Assembly (NCBI GenBank): GCA_051650965.1
Contig: JBOFRL010000097.1
Location: 405 to 64,404, forward strand
DNA from: Vibrionaceae bacterium
GTDB taxonomy: Bacteria; Pseudomonadota; Gammaproteobacteria; Enterobacterales; Vibrionaceae
Length of the DNA stretch: 64,000 nt
Direction of reading: 5' to 3'
The notes below the pieces were generated by a model, which did not search any database, was not told the DNA's origin, and saw only the letters and a list, made by a program, of their open reading frames with translations. Of this stretch, positions 11,824 to 22,180 are shown in pieces. Each line of letters begins with the position of its first letter. Positions within the stretch are counted from its first letter, which is position 1. Both the position numbers and the translations under genes were made by a program.

Positions 11824-13123
11824 TAGATTGTACCTTTGCTCCAAACTGGTTGATTTGCGTCCATTCTGGCGTGATTGCGTGCAGATCCGCTTGGGAGAAG
11901 CCGAGACGAACCGCTTGATCAATGATCAGGCGAGCAAGCTCAAAGTGCGCCGAACGCGGGTGGTCGATAAGATAGTCTTGTAATATATGGGCGATGTTAA
12001 TGCTACCTTGCTGTTTGTAGCCTTGCAGCAGAGTCTGAATTTGGTCGGCAAGCTCAGTATCGGCTTGGCCAACCGATTCAAACTCAATCGCTTCAGGCAG
12101 CTCGCCTATCACCTGATCGTCGCGTAGCGTCAGGCTTTCGTCGCGCATTTCCACTAAGCGATCGGCGTCGGCGATAGTCAAATACCAAGGCGCATCCAAA
12201 TATTCGCTGATCGACTGGCGCAGGCGCAGGCTAAAGGCGCGGTTTTTGTCCATGTCGATGGCGTTACGAATAAATTTGTGCACGTGCTTGTCAAAGCCAA
12301 TCCACAAGTCGATGGTCTGCTGTCCCCAGTTGATCAGGCGATCAAGCTTGTTTTGCAGCTTGACGACAATGACGTCAACGAAGGCGAGATCTTCGCGATT
12401 GGCGGTAAACTCTTGAATGTTAAGGAGCTGCGTTTGTAGCTGGTCGCCGGCGGATTGCAGCGTGTCTTGCAGCTCGCGCAAAATGTTCGAGGTTTCGTTA
12501 AGCAGCAATTCGCAGTTGGCGATGGATTTTTGCCAATCTTGGCTAAGCAGCGCGGCGATATCTTCTTTGATCTGTTGCTGCTGCTCATCCATCACGCGCT
12601 GGCTTAAGTCGATATTTTCAAAGGTCTCTGCCACCGAATATTTCAAAATGCCATAGACATTTTTGCGCCAAAATTGCACGTCGCCGTCTTGCGTCGCGGC
12701 GGTGAGCGCTTTGTTGATCTCGCTTGCGACCATGGCAAGCTGAATTGAGAGTTTTAGCGCGCAGTGTTCGCGCTGGCGCGAGTAACTGTCGCTGATGGCA
12801 ATCGCTAGCGAGGTGAGGCGATAAATGGTAATGCCATCAGTCAGTTCGCTGTTAAAACGGTTTAAAAGGCGGCTTGCCACAAAATCGTTGATGGCGTTGT
12901 TGGCGCGCACCGTGAGCGTTTCGCCGCTTTGATCAAACTCGTCGCTCACAATGCGAAAAGCGTCGACCAGCTCAGCTTCAGTAAGCTCATCTTCAATGCG
13001 CTCTTGGCTTAACGCGGCGACGCAAAGCAAGAAGGCGAGCCGGTCTGGGGGAAGATTTAAAAAGAGATCTTGCTTTTTTACCCAACCGACGAGCTCTGGC
13101 AGCGTCTGAGTAAGTTCGGTCAT
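11804..13123 (-). CDS. mukF: Chromosome partition protein MukF
   Basis: [19 protein letters not shown]...[20 protein letters not shown] and VQSNVIDKY. 439 aa. Confidence 0.97.
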   Translation of the reverse strand: MTELTQTLPELVGWVKKQDLFLNLPPDRLAFLLCVAALSQERIEDELTEAELVDAFRIVSDEFDQSGETLTVRANNAINDFVASRLLNRFNSELTDGITIYRLTSLAIAISDSYSRQREHCALKLSIQLAMVASEINKALTAATQDGDVQFWRKNVYGILKYSVAETFENIDLSQRVMDEQQQQIKEDIAALLSQDWQKSIANCELLLNETSNILRELQDTLQSAGDQLQTQLLNIQEFTANREDLAFVDVIVVKLQNKLDRLINWGQQTIDLWIGFDKHVHKFIRNAIDMDKNRAFSLRLRQSISEYLDAPWYLTIADADRLVEMRDESLTLRDDQVIGELPEAIEFESVGQADTELADQIQTLLQGYKQQGSINIAHILQDYLIDHPRSAHFELARLIIDQAVRLGFSQADLHAITPEWTQINQFGAKVQSNVIDKY

Positions 13124-13174
13124 GGGGGATCCTATTTTGTTGAGTTATGACAGTCTGTGGATGTGCGCCGCGCG

Positions 13175-13954
13175 TTATGCCTCACGGCGTCTCGCCCAAA
13201 CGTGAATGTAGCGGCCAAGCGAAACGAAAGGCTCTTGCCGGCACAATTGTTGCTCCATCGCGATAACTTGTTCAAAAGTATGCTCACCTAAGCGAGTCGT
13301 TTGCATGTAATCATGGAATGTGCGTACTCCACTTTTACCTAGAATTTCAAAGCCGCATTCGCTGATCCATTGGTAAACGTGTTCAGGCAGAAAACTTTGA
13401 GGTGGTTGCAACTTAAATCGCTCACAGTGAGGCATTCCTTGCTCAATATGCGTCAGGTTGCCACAGACTAAATTTTTGAATAATAAGCCATTTTGATTGT
13501 AGAACATCACAGACGCAATACCGCCGCGTCGAACTTGTGACAATACTTCCTGTAACCCCTGTTTTGGCTCGGACAGCCACTCTAAAACTGCGTGAAAAAG
13601 GAGCAGATCGCAGGGCGGCAAATTGAGCGCTGGCAAATTTTGTACCGGCGAGTGAATAAATTGAAATCGATCCAATAGGTTGGCGGCTGATATTTGCTCT
13701 CTTGCGTTTTGTAGCATATTTTGTGAAATGTCACATAACGTTATATTGTGTCCGTTTGCAGCAAGTGCTTGAGAAAGTGGTGCTTGGCCACCACCGGCAT
13801 CGAGGATCTGCAAAGGAGCAGGAGAATTTAACTGTGTGACTATGGTCTGTAGATCTTGTAACAAAATTGCTTGGCGAATAGCGCCTTTCCCAGAACCGTA
13901 AATATTTTTAGAAAATTTATGGGAAATATCGTCAAAATTTCTATCGGCACTCAT
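13175..13954 (-). CDS. cmoM: tRNA uridine 5-oxyacetic acid(34) methyltransferase CmoM (SmtA)
   Basis: DRNFDDISHKFSKNIYG..KG.IR, SAM motif LDAGGG, FHAVLEW and LGRYIHV; upstream of mukF. ATG at 13954 preferred. Confidence 0.93.
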   Translation of the reverse strand: MSADRNFDDISHKFSKNIYGSGKGAIRQAILLQDLQTIVTQLNSPAPLQILDAGGGQAPLSQALAANGHNITLCDISQNMLQNAREQISAANLLDRFQFIHSPVQNLPALNLPPCDLLLFHAVLEWLSEPKQGLQEVLSQVRRGGIASVMFYNQNGLLFKNLVCGNLTHIEQGMPHCERFKLQPPQSFLPEHVYQWISECGFEILGKSGVRTFHDYMQTTRLGEHTFEQVIAMEQQLCRQEPFVSLGRYIHVWARRREA

Positions 13955-14067
13955 TGTAAGTCCATTATTATTGCTAGCAAAATCACCCATTTTCGCATAA
14001 GAAACAGCCTAATGCAGAAGGCTTTTGTATTAAATGCTTTTTGTTTGATTACTATTCGGACGACTTC

Positions 14068-14829
14068 ATGTTGGAATTTAAAAAAATACTTGCGACGTTA
14101 CTCATGCCGCTTCCCGCTCTATTGATCATTGGATTTTTAGGGCTTTTTTTGATCTGGTTTAGTGGCCGTAAAAATATAGGCGCGACGTTGGTGTCGCTGG
14201 CCTTTTTTGGCATTTTACTGACATCTTTTCAGCCTGTAACATCAACCTTGCTCATGAACTTAGAGCGCCAGCACAGTCCCTTTTTTCCAAGTGATAAACC
14301 TGTTGATTTTGTAATGGTTTTGGGCGATAGCCACATTTTAGATGATGGACTGCCCACAACCTCAGAGCTGTCGCGCGCCGCGTTGACGCGCTTGATAGAG
14401 GGGATCCGCATTCACTTTATGTACCCTTCGTCCAAGCTTATTTTGTTTGGCAAAGACAGCAGCACGGCGGGACACGATCCAAGCCATGCGCGGATGTTGG
14501 CGCGCGTTGCCGTTTCGATGGATGTGGACAAAAACAGCATTTTGCTGCTGGAAGAAGCGCCTGATCTTCGCCAAGCGACGCGTTTTGTCAAACCTATCGT
14601 GGGCAATAAAAATTTGGTACTCGTTACGTCGGCGAGCAACATGGCACGTGCGCAAAGCGAGTTTGAAAAGGCGGGGATCACGGTGGAGCCTGCGCCGACC
14701 GACTTTTTAGCGCAAGATCTTAAGCAAGCGCCGCTAAAATACACGCCGCGCGCGCAATATTTAGAGCAGTTTGAAAAGTATTGGGGCGAGCAGCTGCGTC
14801 AGTGGTGGCAAGCGCTGCGCTCAAAATAA
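14068..14829 (+). CDS. elyC: Envelope biogenesis factor ElyC (YcbC, DUF218)
   Basis: KK.L..LLMPLP N-terminus with TM segments, RLIEGIR, LVTSASNMARA and PAPTDF; divergent from cmoM as in the conserved locus. Confidence 0.88.
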   Translation: MLEFKKILATLLMPLPALLIIGFLGLFLIWFSGRKNIGATLVSLAFFGILLTSFQPVTSTLLMNLERQHSPFFPSDKPVDFVMVLGDSHILDDGLPTTSELSRAALTRLIEGIRIHFMYPSSKLILFGKDSSTAGHDPSHARMLARVAVSMDVDKNSILLLEEAPDLRQATRFVKPIVGNKNLVLVTSASNMARAQSEFEKAGITVEPAPTDFLAQDLKQAPLKYTPRAQYLEQFEKYWGEQLRQWWQALRSK

Positions 14830-14852
14830 GGCGTTAGCTTTTAAGTGACAAT

Positions 14853-14883
14853 AAAAAAAGCCGCATCATGCGGCTCTTTTTTT
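14853..14883. terminator. Bidirectional terminator elyC/yebT
   Basis: AAAAAAAGCCGCATCATGCGGCTCTTTTTTT. Confidence 0.75.
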
Positions 14884-14892
14884 ATTTGCGTT

Positions 14893-17508
14893 TTAGAAAT
14901 TGGCAATCGCGGTGCGCCATTTGCTCCACTCAGGCTTTGGCTCGTTATGCAGCAAAAAGTGCTGATTTGAGCGAACCCGTGGGCGCAGCGTTGGCGTCTC
15001 TGGCGTTGCAAAAGCGATCCCGCCGCGAATGATGCTGTCGACCGTGCCGGCTTTGACATCTGCGCCGCTTAGGCCAAGTTTGACGTTCACGCCCGACTGG
15101 TTCCAAAACACAGTGTTTTCTCGCACTAAGTGTTTGTATTCATCAGCAATTTTTATGTTGATCAACACGCGATCGGCAAATTTGCCCAGCGACGTTTTCG
15201 TCACCGCGCCAACTTCAAAATCACGGAACAAGATAGGCGTGCCAACGCTGATAGAGTTGCGCGCTTCGCTTTCTAGCACCAAAGAGAGGCCGTTAGAAAA
15301 CTCTTCAGAGTTGTGCAGCGTAAACTGATGACGCAGCTCACCTTTTCCTGGCGTGACCGAAATGTAAGCGCCGAGTAACGAGTCAAGATTTTTGGTCTGC
15401 GTCAGGCTTAACGTCGGCGAAGCCAGCCAAAAATAGCTCGATTTTTTAGCGATGTTGTTGGCAAATTGCGAGTAGATTTTTGCGTCAATCATCACGCCTG
15501 CGCGGTTAAACGCCGGTGACAGCGCGGTCACTTCGCCCACTTTGATCCCTTGGAAGCGAATGTCGCTGCCAACAGAGAGGCCGCTCGCGTGCTCAGCGGT
15601 GAAATTGATAGCAAGTCCTTGATTTTGCGCTTCGGTTAAGCTGCTGTACAAAATCCAGTTGCCATTCTTTTTGTTGGTAACGCCTGGAACATTGCCAAAA
15701 GAGATCCCGCCAATCACCATCGATTTTAAAGAGCCCGTTTGGATATTGACGCCCGCAAGGCTTGCGCGAATATCAATGCCCGATTGATCCCAGAAAACGG
15801 TTTGGTTGGTGAGCAGGTGCGCGTAGCGGTTTTCGATTAACAGCTTGATCCTTAAGTAGTCTTTTTCAAGCGAGAATTGAGAAACTTTACCCACAGTGAC
15901 GTTTTTGTACAGTACCGGACTGCCTTCTGAAATCGACGGCAAAGTTTGCGCAATCAAATCCACTTGTTTGTAGCTCGGCTTGCCGCTGTTGGTCTGCTTG
16001 GCCTGAGATTCTGAATCAAAAAGATGGTATTGATGCCCCGCTTTGGCGTTGCCGGCGCTGGTAAAGCTTATCGCGCTTTGCATAAGCTGTGCGACCGCTG
16101 GCACATTGAACTCCACGCCTTCGCTGCTAATTTGCCCCGAGATGCCGCCTGAGCGGAAAAAGCGCGACTCGCTTTTGACCAGATGACGGTATTGCGGGTA
16201 GATGATCACATCGATAAACAGTTGATTTACATCAAGAGAGGTGTCGTAGACAAAGCCCACTTCCACGCCGCGATAGACAATCTGCGTGCTCTCGCTGATC
16301 CCCGATAAATCTTCTGCAGTCAGGCGCAGCTTGAGCGCGCTCGGATCATCAGCAAACTGCTGCTTTTTGGTTTTTGCGACAAAATAGTTGCACGGCTCGC
16401 CTTCGCCAGGCTCAATCGACAAGGTGTTGCCAAGGAAAATGTTGGAGACATTTTTCGCGCCCGCTAAAGAGAGAACCGGCTCTTCAATGGTGAATTGGCT
16501 GTCGTCCTTCAAAAGCCAGCCCATGCTCGGGTCGATATTGGCCGTCGCGGTGATGGAGTTGCTTTTTTTGTCTTGGGTAATGCCGCTGAGGCGACCAATT
16601 TCTAGCCCTTGGTAGAGGATCGCCGCACGGTTATCTTTAATGCCATGATTTTTTGGCAGATCAAGTGTGATGGCGATGCCGCGCTCAGCTTCATTGATCG
16701 ACGAATACAAGGCAAATTTGGTTTTGTTAGCGATGCTGTTGCCTTCGGCGGGCGAGTCGAAGGTGACGCCGCCGGCGATGATGCTGGCCAAGTTTTCGAT
16801 ATCGACATTGATGCCGCCAAGGCCAAGATTGGCTTTAACGCCGCTCACGTTCCAAAAGCGCGAGGTGTCTTTGACGAGATCGGCGTATTTTTTCTGGATC
16901 TGCACGGAAAGCAAAACATGCTGCTTATCTTCGCTCAGCTCGTAGTTAAAAATTTCACCGACTTGGATTTTTTTGTAGTAAACCCCTGAGCCAATGTTGA
17001 GCGACCTTAAGTCGTCTGAAGAAAGGTACAAGAAGAGGTTATCTTGCTCAGGCTCGGCGTTGGGCGCTTCGGGCATCGCGACAAATGTCGACGACATTTC
17101 GCTCGACTCGCCAGGCTTGACCACCAAGTAGTTGCCGCTCACCAGCGTATCAAGACCGCTGATCCCAGTGAGTGACGCTTTTGGCCTCACCACCCAGAAC
17201 ATCGTATCTCGGCTCAATAAATGGGTCGCCTGTGGGAAAATTTCGGCCTCGGCTATCACGCCGTCGAGCGAATCGTCCAGCGTCACTTTGCGAATGACAC
17301 CGATATCGAGTCCTTGATAGCGAATGGCGGTGCGGTTGACCTCAATGCCTTGCGCGTCTCGCAGCTGAATGGTGATGCGCTCGCCAGTTTCGCTAAACGA
17401 GCGGTAACCGAGCCACGCCGCCAGCGCGAGGGCTATCAGCGTAAATAGCCACAGGGGCGAAATGGTACTTTTTTTAATATGGGTGTTAGGGATCTCTTCG
17501 TGAGTCAT
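14893..17508 (-). CDS. yebT: Multi-MCE-domain intermembrane lipid transport protein (YebT/LetB, PqiB family)
   Basis: ISPLW N-terminus with TM and repeated MCE modules (G..V.Y+G..VG.V; FW..SG). 871 aa; downstream of yebS. Confidence 0.93.
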   Translation of the reverse strand: MTHEEIPNTHIKKSTISPLWLFTLIALALAAWLGYRSFSETGERITIQLRDAQGIEVNRTAIRYQGLDIGVIRKVTLDDSLDGVIAEAEIFPQATHLLSRDTMFWVVRPKASLTGISGLDTLVSGNYLVVKPGESSEMSSTFVAMPEAPNAEPEQDNLFLYLSSDDLRSLNIGSGVYYKKIQVGEIFNYELSEDKQHVLLSVQIQKKYADLVKDTSRFWNVSGVKANLGLGGINVDIENLASIIAGGVTFDSPAEGNSIANKTKFALYSSINEAERGIAITLDLPKNHGIKDNRAAILYQGLEIGRLSGITQDKKSNSITATANIDPSMGWLLKDDSQFTIEEPVLSLAGAKNVSNIFLGNTLSIEPGEGEPCNYFVAKTKKQQFADDPSALKLRLTAEDLSGISESTQIVYRGVEVGFVYDTSLDVNQLFIDVIIYPQYRHLVKSESRFFRSGGISGQISSEGVEFNVPAVAQLMQSAISFTSAGNAKAGHQYHLFDSESQAKQTNSGKPSYKQVDLIAQTLPSISEGSPVLYKNVTVGKVSQFSLEKDYLRIKLLIENRYAHLLTNQTVFWDQSGIDIRASLAGVNIQTGSLKSMVIGGISFGNVPGVTNKKNGNWILYSSLTEAQNQGLAINFTAEHASGLSVGSDIRFQGIKVGEVTALSPAFNRAGVMIDAKIYSQFANNIAKKSSYFWLASPTLSLTQTKNLDSLLGAYISVTPGKGELRHQFTLHNSEEFSNGLSLVLESEARNSISVGTPILFRDFEVGAVTKTSLGKFADRVLINIKIADEYKHLVRENTVFWNQSGVNVKLGLSGADVKAGTVDSIIRGGIAFATPETPTLRPRVRSNQHFLLHNEPKPEWSKWRTAIANF

Positions 17509-17512
17509 GATA

Positions 17513-18772
17513 TTACTGCGCTCTCGTTATTTTCGTGTTGATTTGTCTATGGTATTTGGCAAGTTTGGACTGCTCTGCGCTATCCCAGATCAGCCGAGGA
17601 TCTAAACTTTCCGCCGCTAGCATGGTGAAAACGACGACCAAACTAAAGGCGGTCGCGCCAGGCCCTGGGGAAAATCCCAGCAAATTGTCTCGGTCAAGCA
17701 GGGTCATAATAATGGTGATCACACAAATATCGACCATCGACCATTTGCCAATGAAATGAACCCAGTGATATAGCTTACTGCGAAAGCGAAATCCGCGGTC
17801 GCGCCGAAAATGGATGCACAGTAAGATGTATGTTAAGCCAATGATTTTTGCAATCGGGATGACGATACTGGCCAAAAAGATGATGATTGCCACGCTGTAC
17901 ATGCCGGCTTTCACCATCGCCGCGACGCCGGACAAGATAGTATCTTCAAAGCGGCGACCGTTGGTCAATAAAATTGAAATCGGCAGCATGTTCGCGGGAA
18001 AAATGAAAAAGATCGCAAGCGACATCAAATACCACGTTTTTTGCAAGCTGCCGCTTTTACGCGTTGCGAGGCGGTGCGTGCAGCGCGCGCAGTGCGAAGC
18101 GTGGGTTTGCGTAAACGAGCAGTGCTCGCAGGTGATAATTTGCGTCAGATCTTGCCAAGAGCCGCGCATGGCGTAGCCAAGGTTAGGCTCAAGGCGGTCC
18201 CAATAGCGCTCAATACACATGCGCGATAATAAAATCGTAAGCGCAATGTGCAATAAAACGAAGCAGATCAAGCCGTAACCTGGCTCTATGTCGGTGTAGT
18301 CAATGATTTTGTAGCCGGCGATCGCAAGGCTTATCAAAAACACATCGAGCATCACCCAGTTTTGCAACTTTTTAAGCGCGCTGGTGGCGAGCAGCAGCCA
18401 CTTACGCTTTTTACGGTAAACTGCCCAGTTAGCAAGCAAAATCGCCAGCAGATAGAGCAGCGGCGCGACGATGGTGCAGATAACTAGCAAAATGGCGACA
18501 AAGGGAAATGAGGCGAACAGCGCCTTCGAGCCGCTAAAAACAGACGTCTGCAACTCAACGCCGAGTAAATTTATGGTTAACAGCGCTGAGTTTAGCGCCG
18601 GAATAAAGAGCAGTAGCGCAGCGACGGTAAGCGCTAATTCTCCCGAAAACAGCAAAGCATCATGCTTGCCAACTTTGGAGTGGCAGCAAGGGCAGCGGGC
18701 GCTGTGACGGGATCTTAGCACCATATTTTGCTGCAAGAGGGCGTCACAGCTATGACAGCGGTAAATGCGCAT
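17513..18772 (-). CDS. yebS: Paraquat-inducible A family inner membrane protein (YebS/LetA)
   Basis: Two Cys-rich CxxC...CxxC motifs each followed by TM bundles; FPANMLPI, GKWSMVDI and DPRLIWD. Confidence 0.93.
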   Translation of the reverse strand: MRIYRCHSCDALLQQNMVLRSRHSARCPCCHSKVGKHDALLFSGELALTVAALLLFIPALNSALLTINLLGVELQTSVFSGSKALFASFPFVAILLVICTIVAPLLYLLAILLANWAVYRKKRKWLLLATSALKKLQNWVMLDVFLISLAIAGYKIIDYTDIEPGYGLICFVLLHIALTILLSRMCIERYWDRLEPNLGYAMRGSWQDLTQIITCEHCSFTQTHASHCARCTHRLATRKSGSLQKTWYLMSLAIFFIFPANMLPISILLTNGRRFEDTILSGVAAMVKAGMYSVAIIIFLASIVIPIAKIIGLTYILLCIHFRRDRGFRFRSKLYHWVHFIGKWSMVDICVITIIMTLLDRDNLLGFSPGPGATAFSLVVVFTMLAAESLDPRLIWDSAEQSKLAKYHRQINTKITRAQ

Positions 18773-19375
18773 ACAAACCTCATTCGGCTGTGCCGTGGTA
18801 AAAAATGGCTGCTAGTATAAGCAAGTTGTTAAAAGCGGTCACGTTTAGTCGAAGTTTCTTTAAGCGCAAGCTTTCTCGACAAATGGCCGTAATGCCATTT
18901 TATGACAACTTTATTGCGTCAATTATTTGTCTTTTTTATTATTTTTTGCAGTGTCTATGTCTGTTAATTGCCATGATAGTCGCACTGCATTTAAGCTAAT
19001 TTACCATTTTTCCGCGATTCCAGCTCAACTTTTACTTGATATAAGCCTTTTTGCATAAAAGCAAAAGAACAGGCCAACGCAACGCCCATTGAACAAGGCA
19101 GACAACTACGCACATCAAACATTTTTTATAAAAATAAGCTGAAATTTCGCTTTGTTGTGGTTTTTCATTGCAAGCTATCTATAATAGCCGCCTTAGTAAA
19201 CGTGGAATTTTCACTCTGTATTTGTGCTTAAAAAGATCTATTTTAGATAATTTATCGGGTAAATCATTATAAAAGTCGATAACAGAGCGAAATCAATGCC
19301 AGTTAGTGAAACGGTGTGATGCACCAGAGCAGTACTTTTTAAAAGTTAGGCGTGCTTTTAATGACAGGAATAAAA

Positions 19376-20083
19376 ATGGAACACCAAGAAGTTGACAATC
19401 AAGAAGTGAAAAATGTGCAGGCTGCGGTAGTGGCAGAAGAAAACGGCGCAGAGAAGCTTAAAACTGGTAAGCAAATCATCGAGTTTTTAGCAGAACGTTT
19501 CCCTCTTTGCTTTACGCTAGAAGGCGAAGCGAAACCGCTGAAAATCGGTATTTTTAAAGATCTTACTCAACGGCTAGCTGACTGCGATCAATTGAGCAAA
19601 ACTCAATTGCGTGCTTCACTGCGCCTTTATACATCCTCTTGGCGTTACTTGCATGGGATGCGAGAAAATGCTCAGCGCATTGATTTGGATGGTAATTTTT
19701 GCGGTGAGTTGGAACTTGAGCACGTTGAGCATGCCAAACTTGCTTTAGCGCAAAGCAAAGAGCGCTTTTCACAAAAGCGTAAGCAAAATAACAGCAAATT
19801 GTCTGCTGAAAATGAGCAACTCCCTAAAAAAACAAATAAAATTCGAACAAATGCAGGAAAATCTAAACCATTAGCGCAAAAAAATACTAAGCTGACAGCA
19901 ACGCCTAAATCACCCGCAGCGGTATTGAAGGCTGAGGAAATCATCGTAGGCAAAAATGTCAATATCAATATGGGCAGTGGCAATATGTCAGCTACGATTG
20001 TTGAAATAAATAAGGATGATGTCCGTGTTCGTTTGACCAATGGATTGACCATGGTTGTAAAAATGGAGCACCTTCGTCCGTGA
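19376..20083 (+). CDS. proQ: RNA chaperone ProQ
   Basis: [31 protein letters not shown] and C-terminal Tudor-like [14 protein letters not shown] at 19376 has an AGGA RBS. Confidence 0.96.
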   Translation: MEHQEVDNQEVKNVQAAVVAEENGAEKLKTGKQIIEFLAERFPLCFTLEGEAKPLKIGIFKDLTQRLADCDQLSKTQLRASLRLYTSSWRYLHGMRENAQRIDLDGNFCGELELEHVEHAKLALAQSKERFSQKRKQNNSKLSAENEQLPKKTNKIRTNAGKSKPLAQKNTKLTATPKSPAAVLKAEEIIVGKNVNINMGSGNMSATIVEINKDDVRVRLTNGLTMVVKMEHLRP

Positions 20084-20099
20084 GGAGAGTGCTTAAGGC

Positions 20100-22103
20100 A
20101 TGATTTATCGGATCCGCTTTTGTGTCGCTGCTTTGAGCCTTGCGCTGGCAGCTTCTTCGGTAGCGCTTGAGGCAAAATACGCCATCGCTGATTTACCTAA
20201 TCTGGCCTCGGAGCCTCAGCATAAAATTGCTAGCCAACGCATTGCCCGTCGTTTTGAGACTTCCCACTATAAGGTGTTTGAACTTAACGACGCTTTTTCT
20301 AGCAAAATATTCGATAGATATATCAATATCTTAGATTATAATAAACTCTTTTTTACCAAAAACGACATCGCGGCCTTAAGCAAATATCGCAGCGTACTTG
20401 ATGATCAGCTGCGTGCGGGCGATACCGCTGCCGCGTACGCAATTTTTTCGCAGTCAATGCGCAAGCGTTTTTTGCGCTATCAGTACGCTTTATCTTTGCT
20501 GGATAATGAAATTTCATTCACGGAAGATGAGTACATTATTTTAGACCGCAGCAAGCTCGATTGGGCTGTCAACGAAATTCAGCTCGATGAGCTATGGCGT
20601 CAGCGTGTGAAAAGCGATGCGTTGAATTTAAAATTGTCGGGAAAAAAATGGTCTGACATTAAAACAACGCTCGCAAAACGCTACAACACTGCGCTTAAGC
20701 ATTTAGTGCAAACCAACAGCGAAGATGCGTTTCAGGTTTATCTGAACGCCTTTGCCCGCGAAATCGACCCGCACACCAGCTATTTGTCCCCGCGTACGGC
20801 TGAGCAATTTCAATCTGAAATGAATTTGTCGCTCGAAGGGATTGGCGCGGTGCTGCAAGCCGAAGACGACTACACCGTACTGCGCTCGCTTGTGGCTGGC
20901 GGTCCTGCGGCAAAAACCAAAAAGCTCGCGCCGGGCGATCGCATTGTCGGCGTGGCGCAAAAGGGCGGCAAAATGGTTGACGTGGTTGGCTGGCGTCTTG
21001 ATGACGTGGTGCAGCTGATCAAAGGGCCTAAAGGCAGCGAAGTGCTGCTTGAGATCTTGCCTGAAGGTGCTAAAGCCAAAAGTTACGTGATCTCGCTGGT
21101 GCGCGATAAAATTCGCCTCGAAGATCTCGCGGTAAAATCTGAGATCATTGAATCGGATGGCAAAAAAATTGGTGTGCTGAGTGTGCCAAGTTTTTATGTC
21201 GGCCTGACCGAAAACGCTAAGTCGGAGCTTGCGAAGTTGCAAAAAGAGAAGATCGCAGGACTTGTGGTTGATCTGCGTAACAATGGCGGCGGCTCGCTTG
21301 CCGAAGCTTCGTCGCTCACCGGACTCTTTATCGCGAGCGGGCCGGTTGTGCAAGTGCGCGACAGCTACGGGCGCGTAAAAGTGAACAGCGATAACGACGG
21401 TTTGGTCTCTTACGCTGGGCCTTTGACGGTGCTGATCAATCGTTACTCGGCGTCAGCGTCGGAAATTTTTGCAGCCGCGCTGCAAGATTATGGCCGCGCA
21501 CTGGTAGTGGGTGAGCAGTCGTTTGGTAAGGGAACCGTGCAGCAGCACCGCTCGCTAAACCACATTTACGATCTGTTTAGCCAGCCGCTCGGACACGTGC
21601 AGTACACCATTCAAAAGTTTTATCGTATCAACGGCGGCAGCACGCAGCACAAAGGCGTTTTGCCTGATCTTACGTTGCCATCAACGGCAGACATGAGTGA
21701 AGTGGGTGAAAGCATTGAAGATAATGCGCTGCCTTGGGACAGTATTGCCAAGGTCAATTATCTTGCTTTAGGCAATTTTGCGCCGCTGCTACCGCGACTT
21801 TCTGCCTTGCATAGCGCGCGGATCAAAAATGATATGGAATTTGGTTTTGTTACCGCTGATCTTGCGCAGTACAAAGCTAAAAAACGTGGCAACCGCTTAT
21901 CATTGAATGAAAACAAGCGCTTAGAAGAGCAAGAGGCGGACGACAAAAAACGTCTGCAGCGGATCAATGATCGCCAGCGCGCGCTTGGCAAAAAGCCATT
22001 CGCCAAGCTTGAAGATCTGCCCAAAGATCACGAAGAGCCTGATCCGTATTTAACGGAGACGGCGGCCATTACTGCTGATCTGGTGAAAATGCTCACTAAT
22101 TAA
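20100..22103 (+). CDS. prc: Carboxy-terminal processing protease Prc (Tsp)
   Basis: Signal peptide, DPHTSYL, PDZ domain, DLRNNGGG, catalytic SASASE and FGKGTVQ; follows proQ. Confidence 0.97.
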   Translation: MIYRIRFCVAALSLALAASSVALEAKYAIADLPNLASEPQHKIASQRIARRFETSHYKVFELNDAFSSKIFDRYINILDYNKLFFTKNDIAALSKYRSVLDDQLRAGDTAAAYAIFSQSMRKRFLRYQYALSLLDNEISFTEDEYIILDRSKLDWAVNEIQLDELWRQRVKSDALNLKLSGKKWSDIKTTLAKRYNTALKHLVQTNSEDAFQVYLNAFAREIDPHTSYLSPRTAEQFQSEMNLSLEGIGAVLQAEDDYTVLRSLVAGGPAAKTKKLAPGDRIVGVAQKGGKMVDVVGWRLDDVVQLIKGPKGSEVLLEILPEGAKAKSYVISLVRDKIRLEDLAVKSEIIESDGKKIGVLSVPSFYVGLTENAKSELAKLQKEKIAGLVVDLRNNGGGSLAEASSLTGLFIASGPVVQVRDSYGRVKVNSDNDGLVSYAGPLTVLINRYSASASEIFAAALQDYGRALVVGEQSFGKGTVQQHRSLNHIYDLFSQPLGHVQYTIQKFYRINGGSTQHKGVLPDLTLPSTADMSEVGESIEDNALPWDSIAKVNYLALGNFAPLLPRLSALHSARIKNDMEFGFVTADLAQYKAKKRGNRLSLNENKRLEEQEADDKKRLQRINDRQRALGKKPFAKLEDLPKDHEEPDPYLTETAAITADLVKMLTN

Positions 22104-22131
22104 AGCGAGCAAAAATTAAATGGGCAAACAA

Positions 22132-22162
22132 AAAAAAGAGCGAGTTTAACTCGCTCTTTTTT
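22132..22162. terminator. Bidirectional terminator prc/nrdJb
   Basis: 15-bp inverted arms AAAAAAGAGCGAGTT-T-AACTCGCTCTTTTTT. Confidence 0.85.
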
Positions 22163-22180
22163 GTTGTGTTTATCGCGAGA

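Noticed and set aside
13175-14100. Lower GC in cmoM and the elyC 5' region as a sign of horizontal transfer
   Set aside because: The drop is modest (about 43% in sampled lines), and the genes sit in their conserved position beside mukF.
18891-18999. Hydrophobic 35-aa small ORF (MPFYDNFIAS…) in the yebS-proQ spacer
   Set aside because: Hydrophobicity follows from a T-rich tract; no clear RBS.
20703-21353. 216-aa antisense ORF within prc, and similar 60-180-aa ORFs inside metG, mukB, nrdJa, cydD, ftsK and rarA
   Set aside because: Fully nested in well-supported genes; expected from GCG/CGC-rich codon usage that suppresses stops on other frames.
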